A stretch of 64,000 nucleotides of DNA from Myxococcales bacterium (lineage in GTDB: Bacteria; Myxococcota; Myxococcia; Myxococcales; UBA5297). Below, piece by piece: positions 33,080 to 42,427 of the stretch. Position numbers and translations under genes: made by a program. Below the pieces are notes generated by a model. It saw only the letters and a list, made by a program, of their open reading frames with translations, did no database searches and was not told the DNA's origin. Location: assembly GCA_036504155.1 (NCBI GenBank), contig DASXVQ010000068.1:57463-121462 (forward strand), written 5' to 3'. Position 1 is the stretch's first letter. Every line of letters starts with the position of its first letter.

Positions 33080-34870
33080 CTACTGCGCCGACTCGCTCCA
33101 GGAGAAGGTCGTCAGCGGGCCGAGGGACAGCAGCGGGAGGGCGTCCACGCGCAGGGTCATGTTCCCGTTGAAGTCCACCGCGGTGGTCGAGGCGACCTCC
33201 GCGAAGCAGGTCGGCCCGTTGCTCACCAGGAGCGGCGCCGACAGGACGTTGGTGCCCTGCGCCTTGACCTGCTCGCGCACCGCCACCGCCGCCCCGGTGC
33301 CGCAGCCGTCGAGCTGGGTGTTGCCCGACTGGAACTCGAGATCGCCCCCGGCCACCACGATGGCCTCCAGGCCCGACGGGGGCTTGAGCGAGTAGCCGTG
33401 GTTGTGCAGCACCACGCTGCCGCGGACGACCAGGCTCGCCCCCGCCCAGCCCGCCGGGCAGTAGGGCATGTCCGCCGAGGCCTCGAGCTGCAGCAGGCCG
33501 TCGATGAGCCAGACCCCGTGCGGCAGGCGCGGCAGGACCGGGGGCAGCGGCGGCAGGTGGATGGGCGTCGGATCGTAGCGGTAGACCGCGTCCGAGACCG
33601 GCGCCGGCGCGGCCAGCGGGCAGGTGAGGGTGCCGCTGCCGGAGATGTGCCTGAAGACCAGGCGCGAGGCGTCGCCCGCGTGGTTCGCCGGGGAGGGGAA
33701 GGGCGCGTCGAGCCCCGGGTCCGAGTCGTCCAGGAACACCATGCCGGAGACGACGGTGTGGCCGGTCACGTTGAGCCAGCAGGCGCACTGGGTCGAGTCG
33801 GTGGTGCAGGCGCGCGGGTCGGGGCAGGTGGAGTAGTCCCACATCTTGAGCTTGAGCCCGCCGGGGAGGCCCTGGGTGGTCAGCAGGTAGTAGGGCGTGC
33901 ACGGCGAGGCGAGGCAGGCGTGAGGGCGCCACTGCTTGGCCCCGGGGTCGACCGGCGGCACCGTCGGCGGGGGATCCGCGCCGGCCACGCACGGCCCGCC
34001 GTCGCCGCGCGAGCAGCCGGGGTCGCTGGTGCGGGCGGTCAGCGCTCCCGAGCCCGCGGCGGTGCAGCCGGCGCCGCAGGCGGTGGCGCACATCGACGAG
34101 ATGGCGACCGCGCCGGTGGCCGCGGCGTTGGCGTAGGGCCCGCACAGCTGGGCGCTGCCGGTGGCGCTGACCGGTCCGCCGGCGGTGAGCCCGGCCATCT
34201 CGCGCTTGCCCACCACCGCCCGCAGCACCTTGCGCACCCGGGCCGCGTCGGGGTCGATCCCCGGGGCGATGCCCATGGCGGTGACGACCACGGTGCGGTC
34301 GCGGTCGCGCACCGGGTTGCTCGCCGGGGCGGCCAGGTTCGTTCCCTCGCGGCAGGACGTCAGCGGCGGGTTGTCGGCCCCGGCGGACGGGAGCCCGAAG
34401 CCCTGGTCGTCGTCGTCGTCGTCGATGCGCACCAGGTAGGCGCCCTGCGGCGCGGCGGCCGAGGGCCAGAGCACGCGCAGGAACCGGGCCTTGGTCGAGG
34501 TGCCCCAGCCGGCGACGGTGACCGCGCTCGCCCCGGGGTCGGTGAAGGTCGGCAGGTGGTCGTCGGAGGTCGGGTCGGTCACCGCGAAGGGCGGGCCGAC
34601 GCTGCAGGTGTCGTTCAGGGCGGGGTCGAGCGCCCGATCGAGGTCCGGGTCGACCTCAAGGATGGCCGCGAGGTAGGCCTTGGTGCGCTCGAGGCCGCGC
34701 TCGGCCAGGGAGAGCGCCAGGGCGTCCCGGGCCTCCAGCTCGACCTGGTCCCGCTCCGCGCCGCCGAGGGAGATCGTGGCCAGGACCACCAGCGCCGCGG
34801 CGGCGGTGAGGACGGCCACCAGGAGCAGCGAGTAGCCGCGCGAGCGGCGATGGGCGGGGGGGCGTCGCAC
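33080..34870 (-). CDS. large pseudopilin-like protein, GspK/PilX-like N-terminus lacking Glu5, Cys-rich C-terminal region
   Basis: GTG 34870 lies 1 nt after the upstream stop. N-terminus RRSRGYSLLLVAVLTAAAALVVLATISL (Leu at +5). There are 18 Cys, a D6 run (IDDDDDDQG) and an RGD (GCSRGDGGPC). Confidence 0.7.
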   Translation of the reverse strand: MRRPPAHRRSRGYSLLLVAVLTAAAALVVLATISLGGAERDQVELEARDALALSLAERGLERTKAYLAAILEVDPDLDRALDPALNDTCSVGPPFAVTDPTSDDHLPTFTDPGASAVTVAGWGTSTKARFLRVLWPSAAAPQGAYLVRIDDDDDDQGFGLPSAGADNPPLTSCREGTNLAAPASNPVRDRDRTVVVTAMGIAPGIDPDAARVRKVLRAVVGKREMAGLTAGGPVSATGSAQLCGPYANAAATGAVAISSMCATACGAGCTAAGSGALTARTSDPGCSRGDGGPCVAGADPPPTVPPVDPGAKQWRPHACLASPCTPYYLLTTQGLPGGLKLKMWDYSTCPDPRACTTDSTQCACWLNVTGHTVVSGMVFLDDSDPGLDAPFPSPANHAGDASRLVFRHISGSGTLTCPLAAPAPVSDAVYRYDPTPIHLPPLPPVLPRLPHGVWLIDGLLQLEASADMPYCPAGWAGASLVVRGSVVLHNHGYSLKPPSGLEAIVVAGGDLEFQSGNTQLDGCGTGAAVAVREQVKAQGTNVLSAPLLVSNGPTCFAEVASTTAVDFNGNMTLRVDALPLLSLGPLTTFSWSESAQ

Positions 34871-34871
34871 G

Positions 34872-35876
34872 TCAGCGCCTCGTCGCCAGGGTGGTCTGCG
34901 TCGACAGGGAGAGGGGCTGGTCGGCGACGGTCCGGCTCAGCTCGAGCAGGACGCTCACCCGCCGGGTGGCGCTGGCCGCGGCGACCGTGGCCGGCAGCGG
35001 CGCGATGGCCGAGCCGTCGGCGCGGTGGAAGGCCAGCTCGAAGCGCGAGACGTCCCGGGCCAGGGTCTCCCAACCCGAGCCCTCCGCCCCGGTGACGCAG
35101 GCGTCGCTGGTCCCGGGGCCGCCCCAGCACTGGCCGCGCTGCACGGCGTCGCCCCCGTCGAGCCGGTAGAAGACGCGGTCCGGGGTGGAGACGAAGCCGC
35201 GGCGGGGCAGGTTGGCGCCGCCTATGTGGCTGGGGGCGCCGGTCAGGGCCAGGCCGCGCCGGCCGCCCGAGACGGTGGACAGCGATCCGCCGACGGTCAT
35301 CTCCGCCCAGGTGCCCAGCCCGTTGGCGACGATCACCCGCTCGCCCGCGCGGTAGCGCTGCTGGGCCCAGGGGCAGGTCGGCGCAGTGGCGCTCGCCCCG
35401 CAGCCGGCGACCCCGGCGGGGCGCACCGCCAGGCTCATGCTCTCGGTGCTGCAGCTCGAGCCGGTGTCGCTGCCGCAGTCGCCGCTGAGCTCGTTGAGCA
35501 GGACCACCATGGACGCGCTGGGCTGGTCTCCCGCCAGCTCGGAGTAGCCGTTGAGCGCGGCGTCGGGGCGGGGGAGGTCGGCGAGGAAGCCCACCTCGGT
35601 CAGGCCCGCCTGGAAGACCGCCGGCGGGAACGCCGCGCCGGTCGACACGTTGCCGCCCTCGGGCACGCCCAGGCCCGCGTGGCGCAGGTCGCGGGCCAGG
35701 GTGGAGAGGACCAGGTCGGACGCCGCGCGCATCCGCGAGCGCTCCACGTCGCGCCGGTGCACCAGCACCAGGCTCCCGAAGACCTGCGTCGCGAAGACCA
35801 CCAGGACCAGCATGATGGTCCCGGCGATCACGAGCTCGAGCAGGCTGAAGCCCGTCCTGCGAGGCCGGCTCACCAT
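34872..35876 (-). CDS. prepilin-type N-terminal cleavage/methylation protein, PilW/GspJ-like
   Basis: ATG 35876 overlaps the upstream stop (ATGGTGA). [28 protein letters not shown] is a class III signal with Glu5. Confidence 0.75.
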   Translation of the reverse strand: MVSRPRRTGFSLLELVIAGTIMLVLVVFATQVFGSLVLVHRRDVERSRMRAASDLVLSTLARDLRHAGLGVPEGGNVSTGAAFPPAVFQAGLTEVGFLADLPRPDAALNGYSELAGDQPSASMVVLLNELSGDCGSDTGSSCSTESMSLAVRPAGVAGCGASATAPTCPWAQQRYRAGERVIVANGLGTWAEMTVGGSLSTVSGGRRGLALTGAPSHIGGANLPRRGFVSTPDRVFYRLDGGDAVQRGQCWGGPGTSDACVTGAEGSGWETLARDVSRFELAFHRADGSAIAPLPATVAAASATRRVSVLLELSRTVADQPLSLSTQTTLATRR

Positions 35877-36265
35877 CGGACGGCCTCCAGGCTGATGGTC
35901 CGGCCCCGGTAGGTCAGGCTCACGACGGCCTGCCGGTAGGAGAGGGGGCCGACGCCGGAGACGGCCGCGTCCGAGACCTGCGAGACGACCACGCTCCAGG
36001 TCCACGGCGTCTGCTCGGTGGGCAAGGGGTGGGTCCCGGTCCGCGTGCCCACGGCCCAGTCGGAATCGGTCAGGCGCGCGGCGCGCTGCAGCTCATAGCG
36101 CTCGCGCAGCAGCTGCCAGGCATGCTGGTCGGCCTCGGCCACCCCGAGGGAGCGCTGGGCGGCGGCGATCGCCCCCAGGACCGAGGCCAGGGCGATCAGC
36201 AGGACGGCCCCGGAGACCATCGCCTCCATGAGCAGGTAGCCGCGGGCTCGGGCGGGGCCTCTCAC
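35870..36265 (-). CDS. small prepilin-type protein, PilV/GspI-like
   Basis: GTG 36265 overlaps the upstream stop (GTGA). [31 protein letters not shown]. 131 aa. Confidence 0.7.
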   Translation of the reverse strand: MRGPARARGYLLMEAMVSGAVLLIALASVLGAIAAAQRSLGVAEADQHAWQLLRERYELQRAARLTDSDWAVGTRTGTHPLPTEQTPWTWSVVVSQVSDAAVSGVGPLSYRQAVVSLTYRGRTISLEAVRW

Positions 36266-36837
36266 GGGCAGGTCCCCGGCTCGGCCGCGGGACGGATGCA
36301 GACGGCTCCCGCCGGCGAGACGACCACTTCGAACGAATCCCGGAGGAGCCCCTGGTGGTACCGGACCAGCAGCCTCGCCTCCGTCACGCTGGCCGGCAGC
36401 TTCGGGCGCCCGGACGGCAGCAGGTCGAGCACCTCGGGCTGGAGGACGTTGACGCTGACCCCGCCGGGCAAGGCCGTGCGGTCGGTCGCCTCGAAGTCGG
36501 CGTCCGCGGGCTGGGGGAGGCCCGGCGGGGCCGGGAAGTCGCAGCCCGCGCGCAGGTAGCGCCGCAGCCGCAGCGCCGTCCCGGGATCCGGCGTCTCGAC
36601 CACGGTCCCGGCGCCGTCCGTCAGGTCCACCCGGTAGCACCGCCCCGCGGCGACGGCCTGCTTCCGCGCCGACTGCAAAAGCTGCTGGACGAGCTCGGCG
36701 CCCTGCTGCGCCGCGGTCCGCTCGCGCAGCGGGACCATCGAGGCCACGGAGAGGCCGGCCATGATGACCGTGATGGCCACCACGGTGAGCATCTCCAGGA
36801 GCGTGTAGCCGGCTTCCCGGCGCCTGCGCTGCCGCAC
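36262..36837 (-). CDS. prepilin-type protein, FimT/FimU/GspH-like
   Basis: GAAGGAGGGG RBS with a GTG start. [30 protein letters not shown]. 191 aa. Confidence 0.8.
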   Translation of the reverse strand: MRQRRRREAGYTLLEMLTVVAITVIMAGLSVASMVPLRERTAAQQGAELVQQLLQSARKQAVAAGRCYRVDLTDGAGTVVETPDPGTALRLRRYLRAGCDFPAPPGLPQPADADFEATDRTALPGGVSVNVLQPEVLDLLPSGRPKLPASVTEARLLVRYHQGLLRDSFEVVVSPAGAVCIRPAAEPGTCP

Positions 36838-37062
36838 GACGGGCCCCTCCTTCTCGCCTCAGGGCTCGACCATCCTAGCGAACTGGCGGGCCGCACGGCG
36901 GGCAGGCGTCCCCCGGTCGGGGTGCGAGGGTGCGTCCGGGCGCGGCGGTCTCGATTTTCCAGAGGGAACGAGCGGGCCCAATCCTGTGTTTTCCCTCGCG
37001 TTCGCGGCCGCCTCGTGCTACGCAGACGGGCTCTTTTTTGCCGCCCAGGAAGGCTAGATTCG

Positions 37063-38868
37063 ATGCCGGCTGAGAATGCCCACATCCGGAACTTCTCGAT
37101 CATCGCCCACATCGATCACGGCAAGTCGACGCTCGCCGATCGCCTGCTCGAGAAGACCAAGACCATCACCGACCGCGAGAAGCAGGACCAGTTCCTCGAC
37201 AACATGGAGCTGGAGCGCGAGCGCGGGATCACCATCAAGGCCCAGTCGGTGCGCATGAACTGGCGCGCCAAGGACGGCAAGGACTACGTCCTCAACCTCA
37301 TCGACACCCCCGGCCACGTCGACTTCGCCTACGAGGTCTCGCGGTCGATGGCCGCCTGCGAGGGCGCGCTGCTGGTGGTCGACGCCTCCCAGGGCGTCGA
37401 GGCCCAGACGCTGGCCAACGTCTACATGGCGCTGGACCACAACCTGGAGATCATCCCGGTCATCAACAAGATCGACCTGCCCTCCGCCGACCCCGCCGCC
37501 GCCATAGCGCAGATCGAAGAGGTCATCGGCCTGGACGCCTCGGGCTCCATCCTCGCCTCCGCCAAGGAGGGCAAGGGCATCGCCGAGATCCTCGAGGCCA
37601 TCGTCGAGAAGGTGCCGCCGCCCACCGGCGACCCCAAGGCGCGCCTGAAGGCCCTGGTCTTCGACAGCTGGTACGACAGCTACCGCGGCGTGGTGATGCT
37701 GGTGCGCGTCGTCGAGGGCACGCTCAAGGTCAAGCAGAAGATCCTGCTGATGGCCAAGCAGCGCGAGTACGAGGTCGTCGACCTGGCGGTGAACAACCCC
37801 AAGCCCCGGCCGGTGAAGGAGCTGATGGCCGGCGAGGTCGGGCTGCTCGTCGCCAACATCAAGGACATCTCCGACGCCAAGGTCGGCGACACCATCACCG
37901 ACTTCAAGCTGCAGACCGAGGCGCCGTTCCCCGGCTTCAAGGAAGTCAAGCCGATGGTGTTCTCGGGCATCTACCCGGTGGACTCCACCGACTACGAGAA
38001 GCTGCGCGACGCGCTGGTCAAGCTGCGCTTGAACGACTCCAGCTTCTCGGTCGAGCCCGAGACCAGCCAGGCGCTGGGCTTCGGCTTCCGCTGCGGCTAC
38101 CTGGGCCTGCTGCACATGGAGATCGTCCAGGAGCGCCTGGAGCGCGAGTACGACCTCAACCTCATCACCACCGCGCCCTCGGTCATCTACCGGCTCACCA
38201 CCACCGGCGGCGTGGTCCAGTACATCGACAACCCCGCCAAGCTCCCGCCGGTGCAGGCCATCGAGAAGTGGGAGGAGCCGATCCTCACCTGCCGCATCCA
38301 CGTGCCCGACGACTACCTGGGCAACGTGCTCAAGCTCTGCCAGGACCGCCGCGGCGTGCAGCGGGACATCAAGTACTTCGGCACCAAGCGCGTGCAGGTC
38401 ACCTACGAGATGCCGCTGGCCGAGGTGGTCTTCGACTTCTTCGACAAGCTCAAGAGCGTCTCCCGCGGCTACGCCTCGCTGGACTACGAGCTGCTGGGCT
38501 TCCAGGACGCGGACCTGGTGAAGATGGACATCCTCATCAACACCGAGCCGGTGGACGCGCTGACCGTGATCGTGCACCGCGAGCGCGCCTTCGACCGCGG
38601 CCGCGACGTCTGCGTCAAGCTCAAGGAGGTCATCCACCGGCAGATGTACGAGGTGGCCATCCAGGCGGCCATCGGCAGCAAGGTCATCGCCCGCACCACC
38701 GTGAAGGCCTTCCGCAAGAACGTCATCGCCAAGTGCTACGGCGGCGACATCAGCCGCAAGCGCAAGCTCCTGGAGAAGCAGAAGGAAGGCAAGAAGCGCA
38801 TGAAGCAGGTGGGGTCGGTGGAGATCCCCCAGGAAGCCTTCCTCGCGGTCCTCAAGGTCGAGTCCTAA
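37063..38868 (+). CDS. lepA: translation elongation factor 4
   Basis: [45 protein letters not shown]. Full-length colinearity (601 aa). Confidence 0.97.
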   Translation: MPAENAHIRNFSIIAHIDHGKSTLADRLLEKTKTITDREKQDQFLDNMELERERGITIKAQSVRMNWRAKDGKDYVLNLIDTPGHVDFAYEVSRSMAACEGALLVVDASQGVEAQTLANVYMALDHNLEIIPVINKIDLPSADPAAAIAQIEEVIGLDASGSILASAKEGKGIAEILEAIVEKVPPPTGDPKARLKALVFDSWYDSYRGVVMLVRVVEGTLKVKQKILLMAKQREYEVVDLAVNNPKPRPVKELMAGEVGLLVANIKDISDAKVGDTITDFKLQTEAPFPGFKEVKPMVFSGIYPVDSTDYEKLRDALVKLRLNDSSFSVEPETSQALGFGFRCGYLGLLHMEIVQERLEREYDLNLITTAPSVIYRLTTTGGVVQYIDNPAKLPPVQAIEKWEEPILTCRIHVPDDYLGNVLKLCQDRRGVQRDIKYFGTKRVQVTYEMPLAEVVFDFFDKLKSVSRGYASLDYELLGFQDADLVKMDILINTEPVDALTVIVHRERAFDRGRDVCVKLKEVIHRQMYEVAIQAAIGSKVIARTTVKAFRKNVIAKCYGGDISRKRKLLEKQKEGKKRMKQVGSVEIPQEAFLAVLKVES

Positions 38869-38877
38869 GGGCCCGCG

Positions 38878-39906
38878 ATGTCCGACAGCGACGCCAAGAA
38901 GCCGGAGCCCAGGGCGCCGCTGACCCGTGCCCAGAAGAGCAAGCTCAAGAAGACCCGCGCCGAGGCCAAGGACTTCCTCCACGAGGCCAGGCGGCTCGCC
39001 AAGCGCTACGGCAAGCGCATCGCGGCCGAGAGGCTCGCCCAGGTCCAGGAGGCCATCGCCAACCTCGAGGCGGCGCTGCCCGGCGACGACGTCGAGCGCC
39101 TCGGAGCCGTGCTCAAGCGCCTGGACCAGCTGGTGGAGAAGCACCTGGGCTTCGCGCGGCGCAGCCCGGCCGTCGAGTACGTCATCTCCATCAGCAAGGC
39201 GTTGGCGATCGCCCTGGTGCTGCGGCTGTTCGTCATCGAGGCCTTCAAGATCCCGTCGGGCTCGATGATCCCCACGCTGCTCATCGGCGACCACATCTTC
39301 GTCAACAAGCTCAGCTACGGCGTGCGCCTGCCGGTGATCAACTGGGAGCCGGCGCACTGGGGCGGCTACCGGCGCGGGGACATCATCGTCTTCGCCAACC
39401 CGCAGGACGACAAGCGCCCCTTCCTCGACCGCCGCGACTACATCAAGCGCATCGCCGGGCTGCCCGGCGACCTCGTCGAGGTCAAGGACGAGGTGCTCTT
39501 CGTCAACGGCGTGGAGCAGCCGCGCACGCGGGCCGACCCCGCGTTCACCTACTACGACCGGCTGGGCGACGACGGCCCCTGGGTGCAGGAGCGCGCCGAG
39601 CTGTGGAGGGAGACGATGCTGGGGCCGGACGGCAAGACGCCGACGGTCACGCACGACGTGCTGCGCGACTCCGAGCGCACCCACCCCAGCTACGAGGGCC
39701 CGTTCCGCGTCCCCGACGGCCACCTGTTCATGATGGGCGACAACCGCGACAACTCGCAGGACGGTCGCGCCGGAGGCTGGTACGTCCCGTTCGGCCACGT
39801 CAAGGGCCGGGCGCTCATCATCTGGCTGAGCCTGGGCAAGCCCGGCGTCGGGCTGAGCGACGACGTCGGCGTCCGCGTCGAGCGGTTCTTCAACGTCGTG
39901 CGCTAG
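38878..39906 (+). CDS. lepB: signal peptidase I (with long basic/helical N-terminal extension)
   Basis: IPSGSMIPTLLIGDHIFVNK (catalytic Ser box), YIKRIAGLPGD (Lys box), GDNRDNSQDGR. It starts 9 nt after lepA. Confidence 0.9.
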   Translation: MSDSDAKKPEPRAPLTRAQKSKLKKTRAEAKDFLHEARRLAKRYGKRIAAERLAQVQEAIANLEAALPGDDVERLGAVLKRLDQLVEKHLGFARRSPAVEYVISISKALAIALVLRLFVIEAFKIPSGSMIPTLLIGDHIFVNKLSYGVRLPVINWEPAHWGGYRRGDIIVFANPQDDKRPFLDRRDYIKRIAGLPGDLVEVKDEVLFVNGVEQPRTRADPAFTYYDRLGDDGPWVQERAELWRETMLGPDGKTPTVTHDVLRDSERTHPSYEGPFRVPDGHLFMMGDNRDNSQDGRAGGWYVPFGHVKGRALIIWLSLGKPGVGLSDDVGVRVERFFNVVR

Positions 39907-40394
39907 CGGGGACCTCTCGTCGAGGGCCGCTGGGCGCCGGCGAGCGGGTTGCCTGCCGTACCGGCGCGTGTCTCACACGCGCGGGGAGCCAGGCCGGCCC
40001 TGCCGAGAAGTTTCGCCGATCTCGACGGCGCTGCCACTGGTGCCGGGTGCCTCCAGTTCGTTCCGGGATACGCCGCCCTGAAGATGCCGGCGACTGAAGT
40101 CGCGCCTGACGCTGCGAAACCCGCCTGCGCGGGTTCAGTGGTTGCGGTCGCTCGGGGCGGGAATCCGAGAGTCCAAAGTCTCGGTGGATTCTGCTTCTCG
40201 TATCGGCGCCCGTGCGTCCGTCACCACTTGGTCCGCGAAGGCGGACCTCGCAATCCAGGCGCGGCTTCAGCCGCCGGCAGTCCCAGCCGGCGTCCCTGAA
40301 CCCGGATTGAACTTGCGGCTGCGAGGACTGGTTTTCTCGGGCTCTTGGACGGAGCCCGACGCCCGCTGCCGCAAGGCGGACAGGTCCGGCGGGC

Positions 40395-41705
40395 TCAGGC
40401 GCCGGTGGCCCGCGGCATCTCGCGCTGCGCCGCCTCGACGTGGCTCTGGGGCTCCGGCGAGCAGAAGCGCAGCCAGTCGTCGCGGCGGGCCTGCGCGTCC
40501 TTGCGGCCCAGCTCGATGAGCTGGTCCGCGAACGCACCGTCGAAGAGCAGGTAGCTCGCCAGGTCCGCCTGATCCGTGGCTTCGGACTCGGCGAGCCGGC
40601 GCACGAGCTTGCCCTGGAAGCCGCGCGCCCGCTTGGCGAACTCCGGCGACTGGATGAACTCGGCCGCCAGCCGCCCCAGGTCCTTCGACGGGCGGATGAC
40701 CAGGTGGCGCACGTAGCGCAGCGAATGGCCCTGCGCCGCCTCGAGGGCGGAGTTGAGCAGCATCGAGAAGGGCGCGCCGTAGCTCAGGGTCCCGGCCTCG
40801 AGCAGGGCGTTGGTCTGCCGCAGCCGGTCCAGGTCCTCGTCGATGCGGTCGTTGAGCAGCGCGTCGAGGGCCTTGCCGAGCAGGAACGCCCCGGAAGGCA
40901 GGGCCCGCTCGCGCGGCTCCTGCGCGGGCGCCTCGCGGGGGCCGCTGGGGTCGAGGGTCTCCTCGTGCCGGAGCGGCAGCACGATGACGCGGTCGGCCCC
41001 CAGGCGGATGGCCGGGCTCAGCGGCACGTTCTGGCGGATGCCGCCGTCGACGTAGAGCTCGCCGCCCAGCATCACCGGCGGGAAGAGCAGGGGGATGGCG
41101 GCGGAGGCCATGGCGTGCTTGAGCCCGATGCGGGTGGCGACCGCGCGGTAGTGCGGGCCGGGGCGGGACGGGAAGCCCGTCAGCGGCTCGCGGCGCTGGA
41201 TGAAGACGGTGGTGCGGCCCGAGGCGACGTGGGTGGCGGTGATGGCCAGGGCCTCCAGCGCTCCGCGCTCGATGCACCGGCCTATCTGGCGCCAGACGAC
41301 GTGGCGGCTGGCGATCTCCTGAAGCCCGCGCGGGTCGACGAGGCCGGTGCGGTGCGCGTGGGCCGGGCGCGCGGGCGTGCGGCGGATGAGATCGAAGGCG
41401 ATGCGGGCGACGTCGGAGGCGCCCACGCGCAGCACGTCCTCCAGGTGGAGCGATCTCCAGCGCTCGGCGAGGTCGTCGCCTTGCCGGTCGGGGGCGTCCG
41501 CGCGGGTGGCCAGGTAGCAGGCGTTGACGGCCCCGACGGAGGTGCCGGCCAGCAGCTGGATGGGCAGCGGGCCGCCGAGGTCCTTGGGCAGCTCCTCGCG
41601 CATCCAAGAGATGACGCCGGCCTCGAAGGCCCCGCGCGCCGCGCCCCCTCCGAGGACCAGCGCCGTCTTGAAGGGGCGGATTGGCTCGCGCACGGACATG
41701 ACCAT
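40395..41705 (-). CDS. patatin-like phospholipase
   Basis: LVLGGGAARGAFEAG (oxyanion GGGxxG), GTSVGA (GxSxG), YVDGGIRQN (catalytic Asp). The start is ATG 41705 or 41699. Confidence 0.85.
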   Translation of the reverse strand: MVMSVREPIRPFKTALVLGGGAARGAFEAGVISWMREELPKDLGGPLPIQLLAGTSVGAVNACYLATRADAPDRQGDDLAERWRSLHLEDVLRVGASDVARIAFDLIRRTPARPAHAHRTGLVDPRGLQEIASRHVVWRQIGRCIERGALEALAITATHVASGRTTVFIQRREPLTGFPSRPGPHYRAVATRIGLKHAMASAAIPLLFPPVMLGGELYVDGGIRQNVPLSPAIRLGADRVIVLPLRHEETLDPSGPREAPAQEPRERALPSGAFLLGKALDALLNDRIDEDLDRLRQTNALLEAGTLSYGAPFSMLLNSALEAAQGHSLRYVRHLVIRPSKDLGRLAAEFIQSPEFAKRARGFQGKLVRRLAESEATDQADLASYLLFDGAFADQLIELGRKDAQARRDDWLRFCSPEPQSHVEAAQREMPRATGA

Positions 41706-41793
41706 CCCCAACTTGGGGCCGGCCGGCGCGCCGCGGGAGGTTCCCAAGCAGGCTGTAAGCCGTGGGGCTGCAGGCGGTAGGCTGAGAGTCGAC

Positions 41794-42417
41794 ATGGAAC
41801 CCAAATGGCTGGAGTGGGCGCGGCGGCTGCAGGCCCTGGCCCAGAGCGGGCTGACGTACTCGGAGAGCGTCTTCGAGCGCGAGCGCTACGAGCAGGTGCG
41901 CGAGATCGCCTCGGAGATGATGGCCTCGCAGTCCGACGAGACGATGGAGCGGGTGGTCGGCCTCTTTGCCGGCGAGAACGGATACGCGACGCCGAAGGTG
42001 GACGGCCGCGGCGTGGTCTTCGACGCCCGGGGGCGCATCCTGCTGGTGAGGGAGCTGCGCGACGGCGGCTGGACGCTGCCCGGCGGCTTCGCGGACGTGG
42101 GAGACACCCCCAGCCAAGCGGTCGAGCGCGAGGTGCGCGAGGAGTCGGGCTACGAGGTCAAGGCGATCAAGCTGCTGGCCCTGTACGACCGCAACAAGCA
42201 CGGGCTCGTGCCGGCGAGGCCCTGGCACATCTACAAGATCTTCCTGCGCTGCGAGTTGATCGGCGGAGCGCCCAAGGACAGCCACGAGACGGCGGGGGCA
42301 CGCTTCTACGCCGAGGACGAGATTCCGTCGCTGTCGTCTGGGCGCACGACCCCGAAGCAGATCGCGCGGATGTTCGAGCACTTCCGGAATCCGCACCTGC
42401 CGGCCGACTTCGACTGA
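41794..42417 (+). CDS. NUDIX hydrolase (with N-terminal helical domain)
   Basis: Nudix box GGFADVGDTPSQAVEREVREESGY. ATG 41794 lies inside ORF 41524..42417. Confidence 0.85.
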   Translation: MEPKWLEWARRLQALAQSGLTYSESVFERERYEQVREIASEMMASQSDETMERVVGLFAGENGYATPKVDGRGVVFDARGRILLVRELRDGGWTLPGGFADVGDTPSQAVEREVREESGYEVKAIKLLALYDRNKHGLVPARPWHIYKIFLRCELIGGAPKDSHETAGARFYAEDEIPSLSSGRTTPKQIARMFEHFRNPHLPADFD

Positions 42418-42427
42418 AGAAGCCTGC

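Noticed and set aside
37025-37042. GGGCTCTTTTTTG upstream of lepA as an intrinsic terminator
   Set aside because: No complementary stem precedes the T-run on the plus strand, and no upstream plus-strand gene needs terminating. It is more likely part of the lepA promoter or leader.
37054-39798. 914-aa minus-strand ORF
   Set aside because: It is exactly antisense to lepA and lepB, which are unambiguous. It has shadow-ORF composition.
40129-40200. tRNA- or tmRNA-like fragment (GGTTCAGTGGTTGCGG... and ...GGCGGGAATCCGAG)
   Set aside because: I could draw no acceptor stem, no anticodon arm of correct geometry and no GTTCGAATC-type T-loop on either strand. tmRNA, RNase P, SRP and 6S hallmark blocks were not found by eye. 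It is retained only as part of the generic structured-region finding.
40395-42417. Patatin phospholipase plus NUDIX hydrolase as a CBASS-/Thoeris-like defence pair
   Set aside because: The genes are divergently transcribed. No cyclase, SMODS, TIR, SAVED or sensor partner is present. Both are common stand-alone housekeeping or accessory enzymes.
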